Shown: positions 1-13,000 of the stretch, in pieces
How the letters are laid out: the number at the start of each line of letters is the position of its first letter
Position numbering within the stretch: the first letter of the stretch is position 1
From: Ascoidea asiatica JCM 7603
Taxonomy: Eukaryota; Fungi; Ascomycota
DNA length: 64,000 bases
NCBI GenBank assembly: GCA_001600695.1
Contig: BCKQ01000003.1
Span: 590,003 to 654,002, forward strand
Direction of reading: 5' to 3'
Made by a program: the position numbers and the translations under genes
The notes under the pieces: generated by a model
Databases searched by the model: none
What the model was told of the DNA's origin: nothing
What the model saw: the letters and a program-made list of their open reading frames with translations, nothing else

Positions 1-2873
1 AAAGAAGTAAATTTGTTCCTAAAATCTATTTCGGCTAATTTATCTAAGAGATCAGAGTAATATTGATATTGAATGAAAATTATAAAATTTTTCACTTCAA
101 TCAAATAGTTTGTGGTTACCGAATTTGTTTGGTTTCATACAAATGTTAGAGGCTTTTTGGTGTGGCAAGTGAGGGTCAGAAATTCTTTTTAAAAGAGAAA
201 GAACTTATTATCGGGAACGGATATTAATCAATGGGAACGGAAATAAAATATGGACACAAAATATATTTTGGGAATAAAACACAAATTCCCGATAATTTTT
301 TTTTTTCATGAAAGAACTGATTATGTAATTAGAAGGGGTTCAAGAAAAAAAAAAAGTTTGGTAACGTAACAGTGCTGCAGTATACTGTACATACTTTTTC
401 ATTGAATGTTTAGGCTTTCTACAACCGAGTGTTTAGTACTGTTATTGAAAAAGAGAGCCCTAATATTAAAGGCGTTTATTTAAGGCATCTATCTTACTTT
501 ATTGAAAAATTAAACCAAACCTTTTTTTTCAATAAAGGTATAATCATTTTATAAATAACTACCTTATTGTAAAAATAATGTTTTAATAATGTTTGTAAAA
601 AGTTTTATTTGAATTAAATCATAATTCTAAAAGGAATTTTTTTTGCTTTCCGATGTGAAAATTTAATATACAAGTGATAATATGGAATTTTACCTAATTT
701 CTTCAGTTTACAGTCTTTTAAAAGGCTTTAATATACACTAAGATAGGATATATATAATCAAATAGAATTTATGAGCCCAATGTTTCATTTTTTTCATTAT
801 TACTACAAAATTCATTATTCATTGCTTTTACAAGTATCAATTGATAGATAATATTATAATAAAGATTTTCTGAATCACAAATTTGAATTTCCCTGAATAA
901 GTGATATGTTTTGAATATTCTATAAACTCGTAAATAACGCGATTCCTTACCATGTAGTTATCCATAATCAACCGGGGTGACAGCTTTTCATATTCTCTAG
1001 AGCTCTAGTAATAAAAATTTTACACCCCTGAACAAAAAATACCATTTAAGAGGGTCATTGCAAAAAGTATGCCGCCACCCGCAGCTGTTGCTTTGGTTTA
1101 ATGAGATGCGTGGGTGTATGTGGGTAGCAGCATACAGGTATATTTGGCATTCCATTCCCAGCAAGGTATCTGCAGCCTTGGCAGATCTCTCGTGCTGCTG
1201 AAATTATGAGCCAATCAAAACTTGTAGATAGCCAAATGCAGCCTGAGGAAGCCTGGGTCCGTTACTAGACTTCCGCTAAACCGCCTATTTTCCCTTTATA
1301 AAAAGAACATTTAATGATGAAAAAGTCTTTACCGTTTTAGTTAAGCTTATTAGTTACTCACGTGTACCTTTAACACTGGGCTTATATTTTACATTTTGAT
1401 TACGTTTCCGTGGCGGAATAGACTGTACATTGTTGAGAGATATGCTCTTTGGAGTTTTGAGCGTACTTTGCGAGTTTGGCGTGTTTTTCCTGAATTATTG
1501 TACATTTTAGGTGCTGTTACCAGGTATTTCTGCAGATTCACCTACTTTTCTCAGCGCTATCTTTTTCATTTTCTTTGTTATTTACTGAGATATTGAGTTA
1601 ACTATGAGAAAAAAACAATTTAAAAATTTCCTAAACAAATTCCCAAGAACACCTGTTACTATTTTCTACAACTTCAAAATTACATTCATTGTATTCTATT
1701 ATTTAATCTTTTTTTTTTTCTTAAGTTATTATTTTAAATTGTATTATCCTATTGTATTTAATTCATCATTTCATTGTAAAGTTCCAGAATTCAAAAACTA
1801 GTCAAAGATAATTGTAATAATAAATGAATTATTCTCATACTTCCGAGAAAATATAATTAAGTCTTAGATCTGTTTCAAAACAAGTATTAAAAATACTATC
1901 GGTAGCACTCCATTTTATATCAAAAAAAAATAAAGAAAAAACAAGCTAAATTTTGTACAATTTACCGAATCGAGACAATTTAAACAATTTCAAACATAAT
2001 TCATTCCAAAAAAGATATTATTTTAGTATTATTATATTATTTTTTATTTGTTTATTCATTTAATTACTGGAATTAGATTTCATATCATATCATTTTTTCT
2101 TACTCAATTTCAGATTTATCTTAACTGCAGTCCTTGTACAACTTCAAGTAGCTTTTGTGCATTATTTTAGACTGAAAATATTTCAACAATCAAGACTTAA
2201 ATTGTAATTATTATTATTATTATTATTATTATCCTACTATTTATCATATTATTTTCATACTATTACTCCTAATCATCATTCCTATTCTTGTATTTTTATT
2301 ATTATCTCTATTATTATCTTTACTATTATTCAAATCACAGGTAATTCCCACATATTTTAATTTTTCTTCAAGTAACTCAAACATCAATTTGAATCAAGAT
2401 TAGTTGTCTTTTTACTTTCTTGCATATCTCTCTCATAAAAAGTCTTACTTCTTAATTAAAACTAAAACAAAATCTAAACTAATTTATTCATTTTCCTTCA
2501 AAATCATAATAATCCTTACTAACGTTATTGCTACCCGTATTTTAGTTTCTTTCTTTAAGATACGTATCAAAATAATTATCCAATTAAATTATCATATCTT
2601 ACAATCTCCTTCTTTTTTCTTACTCTTAACTTCTGCTAATACCACTTCTAGAATTAGAATTACAAATAAAATTATCTGTAACTGTAACTGCAATCTCAAT
2701 TGTAATTGTAACTGTAACTATAGTTATACCTAAAACTTATTATTTATTTCTTTATATACTCTTACTCTCCCTTATTTCAATTTTATTTTAAAACCCTTTT
2801 TAAAAATTCCCTTTTTTTATTTCTTTTCTTTTCTTTTCTTTTCTTTTCTCTTTTCTCTTTTCTCCTTTTTTAA

Positions 2874-5765
2874 ATGAAAGACCCAACAATGGATTATAAA
2901 AATTTTGCTGCGGCAAATTCCCATTATATGGAATTGATGAAAGAACAACAAAAGCAACAGCAAGAAAAAAGAAGAAAAATTAAAGAACAAAAAGAATTAG
3001 AAAAAAAATTAAAGAAACAGTCAAAGAAAGATGGTAAAAAATCTCATAAATTATTACCTTCTCCTTCAAATGCCCCTTCAACTGGTTCTTCATCTTCAGG
3101 TTCTTCAAATACATCTGCAATTAATAAATTATCTGCAAATAATAATAATATTACTACTAGTCATAATGTCAATAATAACAACAATAATAATATAATTAAT
3201 TCAAATATTCATTCAAATATCAATAATAATAATATTAATAATATTCACGGTAATATCAATACTAATAATAATAACAATAATTATTCAAATGATCATTCAA
3301 ATTCTTCTCATATAAATAATCAATCAACTCGTATTCAAAATGAAAGAACTTCTTTATTTTCAAGAAATACTAATCAACCAAATAGAAATAATATCAATAA
3401 TCAAAATCAAAATGATTTTTCAAAATATTCTAATCAATCTAGTTTGCAAAATAAAAATTTTTCAAATCAACAACATTTTCAACAACAATCTCAAGCACCT
3501 CAACAAGCACTTCCACATCATCATCAACAACAGCAACAACAACAATCATCTTACCAATCTCAACCTCAACCTTCAAATTTAAATAAAGTAGTTAAAAATG
3601 ATTTTAATGATGTTAATAATCCTTTAAACAATAATACTTCAAGTATGAATCCATTTAGTGATGCAAATTCAACTTCAAATATTCATCATTCAAAGCTAAA
3701 ATTCTTTCATTTCAATCCAAATTCAAATTTAGATTCTGATAGCTCAACAATTGGTTCAAATTCAACTTCTGGTACAAATTCAAATTTAAGATCTTCTTCA
3801 AAAATTTTAAATCAAAGAAAAAATCAAATTAATTCAAGTAATATGTCTTCAAATAATAATTCCAGTTACTCTCAATCAATTAAAAGATCTGATAGTTCAA
3901 ATTCTATTCACAGTACTTTAAATTCCAATAATACTTACCCAACTGATTTATCTTCACTTAAATCAAGTGGGTCTTCTCAAAAAACTAATTTAAATGCAAA
4001 TATGAATTTAAATAATTTAAATACTTCAATTAATAGTAAATCTTATAGAAATTCAAGTATTAACTTCAAAAATATTTTACCATTTGGTTTATCTTCCAAT
4101 GGTGTAACTCCACTTTCAAATAATTCTAATAACTCCAAACATTCTTATTCAAATTCAAGTTTATTAGATAGTATTGAACAAGTTGATCCTCAAGTTAAAA
4201 TTCCAAATTATGATTTAACTGCAAATTTATCAACTGAATTTTTAAGTGATAATAATAATAAAACTTTAACAAAATATGATTTTTTCTTAAAATATAATGA
4301 AAACGTATCTCAATTAAATTTAGTTAATAATAATAATTTCTATGATCATTTTTTAAATAATTCTTCAAAAAGATTTGATTTTTTCTTAAATAATTATTTT
4401 ACTGTTGAAAATTTTTTCAATATTAATAATGCAAGTAAAAAATATAACTTAAGTTTGAATTTAATTGAGTTATGGTTTATTAATTCTCATAAATTTTTAT
4501 TTAATCATAATATAATTTTAAATCAAAATGCAAGAAATTTAATTAGTCAAAAGATTTTAGAAAATTCAAATAGTAAAAAAAATCAAAATGTTAAACTTTT
4601 ACATTTATCAAATGATTTAGATGTTTATTGGTCCTGGCAATTATGTTTAGATGAAGATAAAAATTGTATGGTTTATAATTATAGATTAATTAGTCCAGGG
4701 CATGATTTAAGTGGTAGTTCAAGTGAAAAGAAACCAAAAAATTATTTAATTAATTCTGGTAAATCTTTTGATCTCTTACCATATCAATCAAATTATTTTG
4801 ATATTATTTATACAAATGAATTAAATTTTTACTTCAATGATAAGAAATCAATTAGAATTTTAAAAGAACTTTATAGAACATTAAGTAATGGTGGATATTT
4901 AGAATTATTATTAACAGATTTAACGGTATTAAACTCTCAAAACATCAATAATAGTATTGGTAACTCTAATAATAAAAATGTAAGTGAAGACATTCAAGAA
5001 GAAGATGTGAATGAAAACAAAGATGATCTTAATAAAGATGAAGCTAATAAAGATAATAATAATAACAACAATAAAAATTATACAATTGAAGATTTGAAAT
5101 ATTATTGGGATAAATGTCTTAAAAATATTCAAGAGAGTAAACTACCTGAAGAAGTTTCAATAAATGGAAGAAAAGGTAGTGCAAGTTCCATTAGGAAAGA
5201 AGATTTTGATGTTGAGCCATATCCATCATTTCAAATTTTAAATAAATTAGAAGAAGCTGGATTTAAAAATATAAACTATTCAATCATTGGATTACCTAGA
5301 TTCAATGTACCAGTTGGTAGAACTAGAAATAATATAAGTAAAGAACAATCTAATAATAGTAATAACAACAATAACGATAATGATGGTTCCAATAATAATA
5401 ATAACAATAATGGAGAAGAAATGAACGAGGAGGATTATGAAGATCCAGCATTAGAAAAAATGATTAATTTGAATAGTTTAATTGAATTTTATTCATCATA
5501 TTGGGAATTTAAATTTTTTCAAAAGTTTGGACAATTTACTAATGAAGATTTTGATAATTATGTTGATTTAAAGAGAATGAAAAATCATAATTCTGGTAAT
5601 AATAATAATAATAGTAATAGCAATGTAAATAATGGAAATAATAATGGCAACAATAATAATAATAATAACAGTAACAATAATAGTAATAATTCATTGAGTG
5701 GAGATTGCTCATTTAATGGTGGATTTAATTATTTTATTGTTGTGAATGCACAAAAAATTCTATGA
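2874..5765 (+). CDS. Fungal protein with long N/S/Q low-complexity N-terminus and C-terminal class I SAM-methyltransferase-like fold (degenerate motif I)
   Basis: 963-aa ORF. C-terminal part has LPYQSNYFDIIY and LKELYRTLSNGGYLELL, typical Methyltransf_11-like post-motif-II elements. The expected Gly-rich motif I region reads VKLLHLSNDLD. Confidence 0.6.
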   Translation: MKDPTMDYKNFAAANSHYMELMKEQQKQQQEKRRKIKEQKELEKKLKKQSKKDGKKSHKLLPSPSNAPSTGSSSSGSSNTSAINKLSANNNNITTSHNVNNNNNNNIINSNIHSNINNNNINNIHGNINTNNNNNNYSNDHSNSSHINNQSTRIQNERTSLFSRNTNQPNRNNINNQNQNDFSKYSNQSSLQNKNFSNQQHFQQQSQAPQQALPHHHQQQQQQQSSYQSQPQPSNLNKVVKNDFNDVNNPLNNNTSSMNPFSDANSTSNIHHSKLKFFHFNPNSNLDSDSSTIGSNSTSGTNSNLRSSSKILNQRKNQINSSNMSSNNNSSYSQSIKRSDSSNSIHSTLNSNNTYPTDLSSLKSSGSSQKTNLNANMNLNNLNTSINSKSYRNSSINFKNILPFGLSSNGVTPLSNNSNNSKHSYSNSSLLDSIEQVDPQVKIPNYDLTANLSTEFLSDNNNKTLTKYDFFLKYNENVSQLNLVNNNNFYDHFLNNSSKRFDFFLNNYFTVENFFNINNASKKYNLSLNLIELWFINSHKFLFNHNIILNQNARNLISQKILENSNSKKNQNVKLLHLSNDLDVYWSWQLCLDEDKNCMVYNYRLISPGHDLSGSSSEKKPKNYLINSGKSFDLLPYQSNYFDIIYTNELNFYFNDKKSIRILKELYRTLSNGGYLELLLTDLTVLNSQNINNSIGNSNNKNVSEDIQEEDVNENKDDLNKDEANKDNNNNNNKNYTIEDLKYYWDKCLKNIQESKLPEEVSINGRKGSASSIRKEDFDVEPYPSFQILNKLEEAGFKNINYSIIGLPRFNVPVGRTRNNISKEQSNNSNNNNNDNDGSNNNNNNNGEEMNEEDYEDPALEKMINLNSLIEFYSSYWEFKFFQKFGQFTNEDFDNYVDLKRMKNHNSGNNNNNSNSNVNNGNNNGNNNNNNNSNNNSNNSLSGDCSFNGGFNYFIVVNAQKIL

Positions 5766-7690
5766 GTTTAATTGAATAACTTTTTATTTTTTGTCAAGGA
5801 ACTTTCTGTTTTCTGTTCCTTAGTTTTTTTTATTTATTGATTTGCTTTTAAAAATTTTTTAGATTATCTGAATTTTTTGTTACTTCTTAATAAATCAATT
5901 ATTTAGTCAATTGATTGATTTAATCTCTACTTACGTTTCTACTTTTGTTTCTATTTCTATTTTTACTTATGTTTATGTTTCTGTTTCTGTTATTGATTTT
6001 ATTTCATTATCTTCAGTTAGTTTTTCAAAAGAATTCATCAGTTTCATTAGTTTATTTTTATTTAGATTTTACCTTATGAAATTATTTTATCTCAACTTAT
6101 CTTGGATTATCTCATTTTGATTGAGTCAGCTTTTTTTCATGATTTATCATATTTTCAATATTGAGCTATTTCAGTATAAAGACTTTAAATTATGAATTTT
6201 TAAAATTATTTGTTTTTCTTATTTAGTTTTCCAGTTTTCATATTTTCACATTTTTATTTTTTTTAAAAATTACAAATAATACAATTACCAAATTTTTTTC
6301 TGTAAGTATCTCATTTTATCAATGTTCAGTTTCTTGAATATCTTTGAAAAGTATTTTAAAGTAAAAGAACAATAAAAAAAAAAAGGAGTATAGAATTTAA
6401 GGTTTAGGGCGTTTCTAGATTCTGCATTTAGATGTTAATAGTACATAATTACACCTCATTAAACAATGCTTTGAGGGCTCTAAAAACATAGCCCTAGTGC
6501 CTACTTTACAATATTGCAGGACAAACAGCAGCTTCCCGGAGCAATACTTAGTCCTAGATATGGGTGCCCGTTTCATAAGGGAAGCGTGGCGCCGGTGGCG
6601 TACCATAGCTATCCGTGGCGGGCTGTGGCGGGCTGGCTGTGATTGGCGGCGCGTAAGGGCATAACTGATCGCTTCGGTGGTGACAGCTTTCGAGGTGCGC
6701 TGTCGCCGGCGCTGGAGCTGCTGGGAGATAATGCACTAAGCGCCCTCGCTGGGGTTTTGGTCGTGTTCTCGTTGCTGGTTCTGTTGCTTTTGCTGCTTTT
6801 GCTGCTTTTGCTACCCTTTTGCCTCTTCCTTTTTTATTCTCTTTCTGGTTTACCATTGAAATCCACCTGTTTTTTCAGATTCTTTTCATTTTAATTCTTC
6901 ATCCTTTTTCGAATAATTCAAACAGTGTGATATTTTATTAATTTATTCCTTTTAATATTATTTCTAATAATATTTTCAATCATCAAATTTTCATTATCAT
7001 TTATCTCCATAATTTGAATATAATTTCTAAAATAGCTTAAGTGAATTTAGCTTTTTTTTATTACTCCTATCGTTTTTTTCTCTCAAAGAATTCAATTTTT
7101 CTTAAAATTTTTGTTTTAATTATAATTGTTCTTATTCTGTTTAATTGTCTTTTTTTCTATTGTCAAATAAGATTAAATCAAATAAAATTAAACTAATCAA
7201 TAACAAAAGGGAATCAGGGAATCTAATAAAAGATTTCATTAAAAGAATATTCAATTTTATTCAAATTTTATTCAAATTTTATTCAGGTTTTATTCAAATT
7301 TTAAATCACTTAACTGTAACATTTTTTAAAATTTTATTCTTTTAAACGAATAATTAATCAATAATTTTATGTAACTTAAGTAAAATTCTATTCAATTTTT
7401 TTCAAATTTAATTTATACTTATTATATTTAACGAATATTAATCCAATTGAAAATTCACCATTTTATTATTACTAAAATTTATTCAATTATATACATAACT
7501 ACTGATATTGATATTCTCTTTTATTCACCTAAATATTTCTTTATTCTTTATTACTTTTTAGAAAATATCAAATAATATATCATCATAATATATTACTATA
7601 TTATACTATAATATAATATTTTATATTAATTTATCTTATTTTCCTATAATAGTATCAAATATTAGTATATTAATATTCTATTTTTTTAAA

Positions 7691-9355
7691 ATGTCAGAAA
7701 ATCAAAAACCTACTGAAATTGATCAAATGAATCAAGATAACCAAAATAATCAAATACCATCAAATCCTCCATTACAACAAGTTTTAAGATCTGTTGTAAT
7801 AATCGGTGCAGGTATAGCTGGTTTAAAAGCTGCGGCAGATTTATATAATAATGGAGTTAAAGATATAATCATTTTAGAAGCAAGAAATAGAATTGGTGGT
7901 AGATTATTGACAATGAGTTCAAATAAACTAATTGACCCAATTACAAAAAAACCATTAACTTATGATTTAGGTGCTTCTTGGTTTCATGAAACTTTACAAA
8001 ATCCATTATTTGATGAATATGTTTTAAAAAAAAAAAAAATTAATATTTATTATGATGATTCTTTTATAAAAGTTTTTAATAAAAATGGTTTAATTCCAAT
8101 TAATTGGAAATTACCACAAGTTAAAAATGAAATTGAAAAATTTATTGAAATTGAAAATTTTAATGATATTGATTATGAAGATAAATCTTTATTTAATTCT
8201 TGTATAGATTATTTATATAAACAAAATTCAATTTTATCAAAAGATCAAATTTTACATACTCCAGAATTATTAAGATATTTAGAGTTATGGCATGGTTTAG
8301 ATTGGAAAAGATTATCTTCAAAATTTGCAATAATCTCAAGTGAAGGTAGAAATGCTTTTAATTTAAATGGTTATCAAGATATTGTTATAGATATTACAAA
8401 TTCATTTCCTTCAAATGAAATTATTCAAACAAATATTATTGTAAAAGAAATTAAAAAATTTGATCAACAAAGAAAAGTTAAAGTTTTAACAAATAATAAT
8501 ATAGAAATTATAACTGATCATGTAATTGTTACAATTCCACAATCTTTATTATCTTTACCAAGTAATGAAATTGGTGCAATAAATTTTCAACCTCCTTTAC
8601 CAAATTATATTTCTGGTCCATTATCAAGAATGCATTTTGGTTCTTTAGGTAAAGTATTCATAGAATTTAATTCAATTGATGATATATTTTGGGATAAAGA
8701 AAGTGATAGATTTTTGGTTTTAGCAGATCCTGATAAAACTTTTGTAAATTTTGCAAATCATATTGATCAAATTAATTCTTCCAATCAAAATATTAAATTT
8801 AATAATGAAAAAAATAATTCAAATTTACCTTTTATAAAAGCTCAAAAACCTGATTATGAAATTGAAGATTATGAATTATATAAAAATAAAGTTCCAAAAC
8901 AATGGGAATATCCAATTCAATTTGTTAATGGTTATTCAACTAAAAAGTCTCCATTTTTATTATGTTTAACACAATCTCCATTAACTGAATTTATTGAAAC
9001 TTCTTCTGTTGAAGTTGTTTGGGAATATTTAAAACCAATGATTTTTAAATTAGCTGAAAATAATCCAAAATATAGTTCAATTGATCAATTACCAAATCCA
9101 ACTCAAATTCGTAAAACTTTTTGGTCTCAAGATCCTTTTGCAAGAGGTTCTTATGCTGGTTGTTTTGCTGGTGATGATCCAACTGATCTTGTCATTGGTT
9201 TAACAAGAGGTTTTGGCTCTGTAAGATTTGCTGGAGAACATTCAATTATGGAAGGTGCTGGTTGTGCTCATGGTGCTTGGCTTAGTGGTAAAAGAGAAGC
9301 AAATCATATCCTTAATGAATTAGGTTTACTTACTGACGAAAATATTTATTTATGA
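7691..9355 (+). CDS. FMS1: Flavin-dependent polyamine oxidase (Fms1/Cbp1 family)
   Basis: VVIIGAGIAGLKAA FAD motif, LEARNRIGGRL, DLGASWFH, WSQDPFARGSY, RFAGEH...GCAHGAWLSGKREA. Confidence 0.9.
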   Translation: MSENQKPTEIDQMNQDNQNNQIPSNPPLQQVLRSVVIIGAGIAGLKAAADLYNNGVKDIIILEARNRIGGRLLTMSSNKLIDPITKKPLTYDLGASWFHETLQNPLFDEYVLKKKKINIYYDDSFIKVFNKNGLIPINWKLPQVKNEIEKFIEIENFNDIDYEDKSLFNSCIDYLYKQNSILSKDQILHTPELLRYLELWHGLDWKRLSSKFAIISSEGRNAFNLNGYQDIVIDITNSFPSNEIIQTNIIVKEIKKFDQQRKVKVLTNNNIEIITDHVIVTIPQSLLSLPSNEIGAINFQPPLPNYISGPLSRMHFGSLGKVFIEFNSIDDIFWDKESDRFLVLADPDKTFVNFANHIDQINSSNQNIKFNNEKNNSNLPFIKAQKPDYEIEDYELYKNKVPKQWEYPIQFVNGYSTKKSPFLLCLTQSPLTEFIETSSVEVVWEYLKPMIFKLAENNPKYSSIDQLPNPTQIRKTFWSQDPFARGSYAGCFAGDDPTDLVIGLTRGFGSVRFAGEHSIMEGAGCAHGAWLSGKREANHILNELGLLTDENIYL

Positions 9356-10058
9356 TTTAACTTTCATTTAATATTCAATCAAAAATTTGATTATTTCATT
9401 ACTCAATTATTCATTATTCATTACTTTGAGATTTGTATTTATTTTATTATAATTTGTATTTGTTTATTATCACTTTACAAAATTTTTATTTTTGATTTAT
9501 GGTTTTCCCTTTAAAATTGTCCACTTAATTTGTTATTTTTTTTTTCCTTTTATGATTATCTTCCCTTACTCTCTTTTATTTACTTTTTTTAATTTTTGTT
9601 TTAACAGTTGATGAAATCTGTTTTCAGTTTTTTACTAAGTTGTTCCCTTATAGTTTTGTTTGTTTATTTTGTTTCGATCTTTTTATATTTTTTATCCTTT
9701 TTTTTACTATTTGTTGTAAAATTATTTTTGCTTAAAAATTAATAATTATGAAATATATATTCAACATTTTACTGAGAATAATCTATTATACATTATCATG
9801 TCTATTAAACAAAGAGGAAAAAACTGACGTAATAAAAAAATAAAAAAAATTATGAAATTACAAATAAAACAATATAAAAATGAAATAAAAATAGTATAAC
9901 TGATAGAGAAATGATTAAAAACTTATTATATATAATCTAATTGACCCATCCATTCAAAAAAATAATACAAAAAATGAATTCAAAATCGAAATCAAAAAAT
10001 GAAATTACTGAATTTGGAATATAAAATTTTCTTTGTTAGGAAGATTCTTTTATTATAT

Positions 10059-13000
10059 TTATAAATCATAGAATTTGATGAATTCATTCTGGTTAACAAT
10101 AAGGATAAGTTCTCCAATTTCAATTTTGAAAGCTTCAATTCTCGTCCTAGCATTCGAATTTAATAAACTTGAATCACTTTCCATTTTAAATGATGACACA
10201 ACAGTTGAGCTTTTTTCTAAATTAATACATTCAATAGATTTTTCACCTTTAAAGTTTAACAATAATAGTAAATCACCGTTGTTAAATTTTTTCTCATCAT
10301 TAGAACTTAGTTTTTTATTTGCAGTTCTAATTGCTGTTAGTTCATTGATAGCCTTTTTGTTGTGAAAACTAGTTAATGTCAAAACATCATCCATAGTATT
10401 GAATAATGAAATTTCTTCGTAATCATTACTACTCAGAATACCACGAAGCAAAATTTGATTTTGTTCCGGTTCAACAACTGGCTCAGTAGAAGAAAAATCA
10501 TCTGTCAAGTTGTAATTTTGAATTGTCAAGATATCCTTAATAGAGTAGCCATTTGGTAAAGAACATGGTTGAATAAATTTATCTTTCTTACAATTTTGGT
10601 CTAAGAAATATATTGAAATTTTCCACAATTGATTATTTGATAATAGCAAAACAAAATTATCTTTATCTCTTGCCACAGATATGATTTCAGTTTCATTGAT
10701 TGGCTTCTCTTCTTCTTCTTTAGAACTTTCAATTTTCTTAGGTAGTATGAAATCTTTAGAAGAAATGATCACCTCTGTAATTTTTGTTTGTTTGAAAGTA
10801 AGGTTCAAAGTATATACAACAATGCATGTACTAAAAGTTATGAAAAATTGATTTGAAGATCGATCAAAATCCAATCCTATTAAAGTACCGTCTAAGATTT
10901 GAATATCAAAAGCAGTTTCACTCTTATTATTATTATTATTCTCATTATCATTATCAATATTTTCAATAGACTTTGAGTTATAAAAAACTTCTATATCATT
11001 AACTAAGTTAAATTCAGCCACAGAGGTAATTTTATCATATTCCCAAATACTCAATAATTTTGAATCAATATTATAGGTTGTGAAATTATTTTTGAATGAG
11101 CCTGATAGCCAGTTAATTTTAAGTATATTATTATTTTCAATAGCATAATTTGTTACATTATTTGATAACCCTTTTAAAACAGAAGACTTATCAGTTTCAT
11201 TGAATAGAAGATTTAAATTTGGTATTGCAGAAAGAGTTTCTAAATCAAAATTTTTTAATTGAAAAGTTCCATCAGTTGATTGAGAATAAACTAAAAATTG
11301 ACTATTTTCATTATTTATTGAAATTTCAATAACATTTGAATTATTCTTTAAGTTTATTACTGAATTTTTATTAAATAATAAATTTTTATTTGAATCTAAA
11401 TTTATATTCAAATCATTCAATTTTTTTGATTCAATAACTTTATTTGACTCGTTTTCAAAATTAGTATAATCTTCAGCTTCATCAATGATTGTTTCTAAAT
11501 CTGTTTCATAATCAAATTGATCATTATCAATATTATTAATTGGAAATTTGAAATTATCATTATCATTATCAAATTCTGAAGAATTTGAAGAATTAATTGT
11601 AGATCTATCATGTAATTCACTTAAAGATATCGAAGGAGCTAAACTTTGTGGTGCTTCTTTTAGAATAATTTTTTCATCTGATAAAGAATTATTCATTGGA
11701 ATTGACATTGGAGAACCAATAATTTTTTGATTTATGTCTGAATTATTATTTATATTATGTGAGTTGTCTTTATTTAATTCAATTGAATCAGATTGAGAAT
11801 GATTATGAATTTCCTCAAGAGTAAAAGGCTCTTGTAATTTATGTAATTTTTCATCAAAATCTGAATCAACTGTTAAAATTGAATGTTGTTCAGCTTCTGA
11901 ATAATCATAATTATCAAAAGAATTTAAATTACTATTATTTTCAATTTTGATATTTTGATTCTGATTATCCCCATTAATATTATTATCTTTATTAACTTGA
12001 TTATTATTATTATTATCTAATTGATGATTTTGATTATCCTGATTTTCTTGAATGTTCTGACTTTCTTGATTATCATGATTATCTTGATTAACTTGAGTTT
12101 CTTGGTTATCTTGGTTATCTTGACTATCCTGATTATCTTGTTGATGATTTTGATTAATATTAGTATTTGTATTAATACCATTTTGAATTGCACCTGAACC
12201 ATTTTTTATTAAATAAAAAATTTCTTTCATACAATTTTGTAAGAAATTTCTTGATTGTATTAATGGAGTTAAATCAATTGTATTTAAATCATTTTTAAGT
12301 GAATCTGAATCTAGAATAAATAAATCTTTTAATAATAAATCACTTGATTTCAAATTATTCAACAGTAATTCATTATCATCATCTTCATTTTCATCATCAT
12401 CATCATCATCAACATCATCATCAGTTTCATTATCCTTATTATTACTATTATTTGATTTCATTTTTTTTTTTGATATTGAGAATTTTGATTTTTTTTTATT
12501 ATCATTTAAACCTAATTGATTAATTTGAGATATCTGAAAATTAATATCATCTTCAGAAGCCTGTAAAGATGGGTTAACTTCTTTTTTGATTTGTTTGAAT
12601 TTTATTTGATTAGAAATATCTTTTTCAGATTTCAAATTATTTTTGGAATTTGAATTTGAATTTGATTTTTTTTCATTATTGGAAAGATTTTCTTGTAAAT
12701 TATTTTTCTTATTATTGTTGTTATTATCATTTTCAATTTTATCTTTGTTTTCATTATCGTTTTCGTTATCATTACTATTATTTTCTTTTTGATTAAGAGA
12801 CTGATTATTACTGTTATTATTAATATGATTAAGAATTCCATTCCTATTTCCATTTTCATTTGAAGTTTCATTTTCATTATCAAGATCAACATCAATATCA
12901 TTATAATGATCAATATTATTATCAATTGAAGAAGAAGGAGAATGACCATGTAAAAAATCATGTATAAATTTATCATTTTCAGAATTATCAATATTATTAA

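Noticed and set aside
6415-6894. Overlapping short ORFs in the GC island upstream of FMS1 (possible polyamine-sensing uORF)
   Set aside because: Mostly non-ATG or antisense starts, codon usage unlike the host genes, and no recognisable conserved peptide; GC-rich DNA simply has fewer stops.
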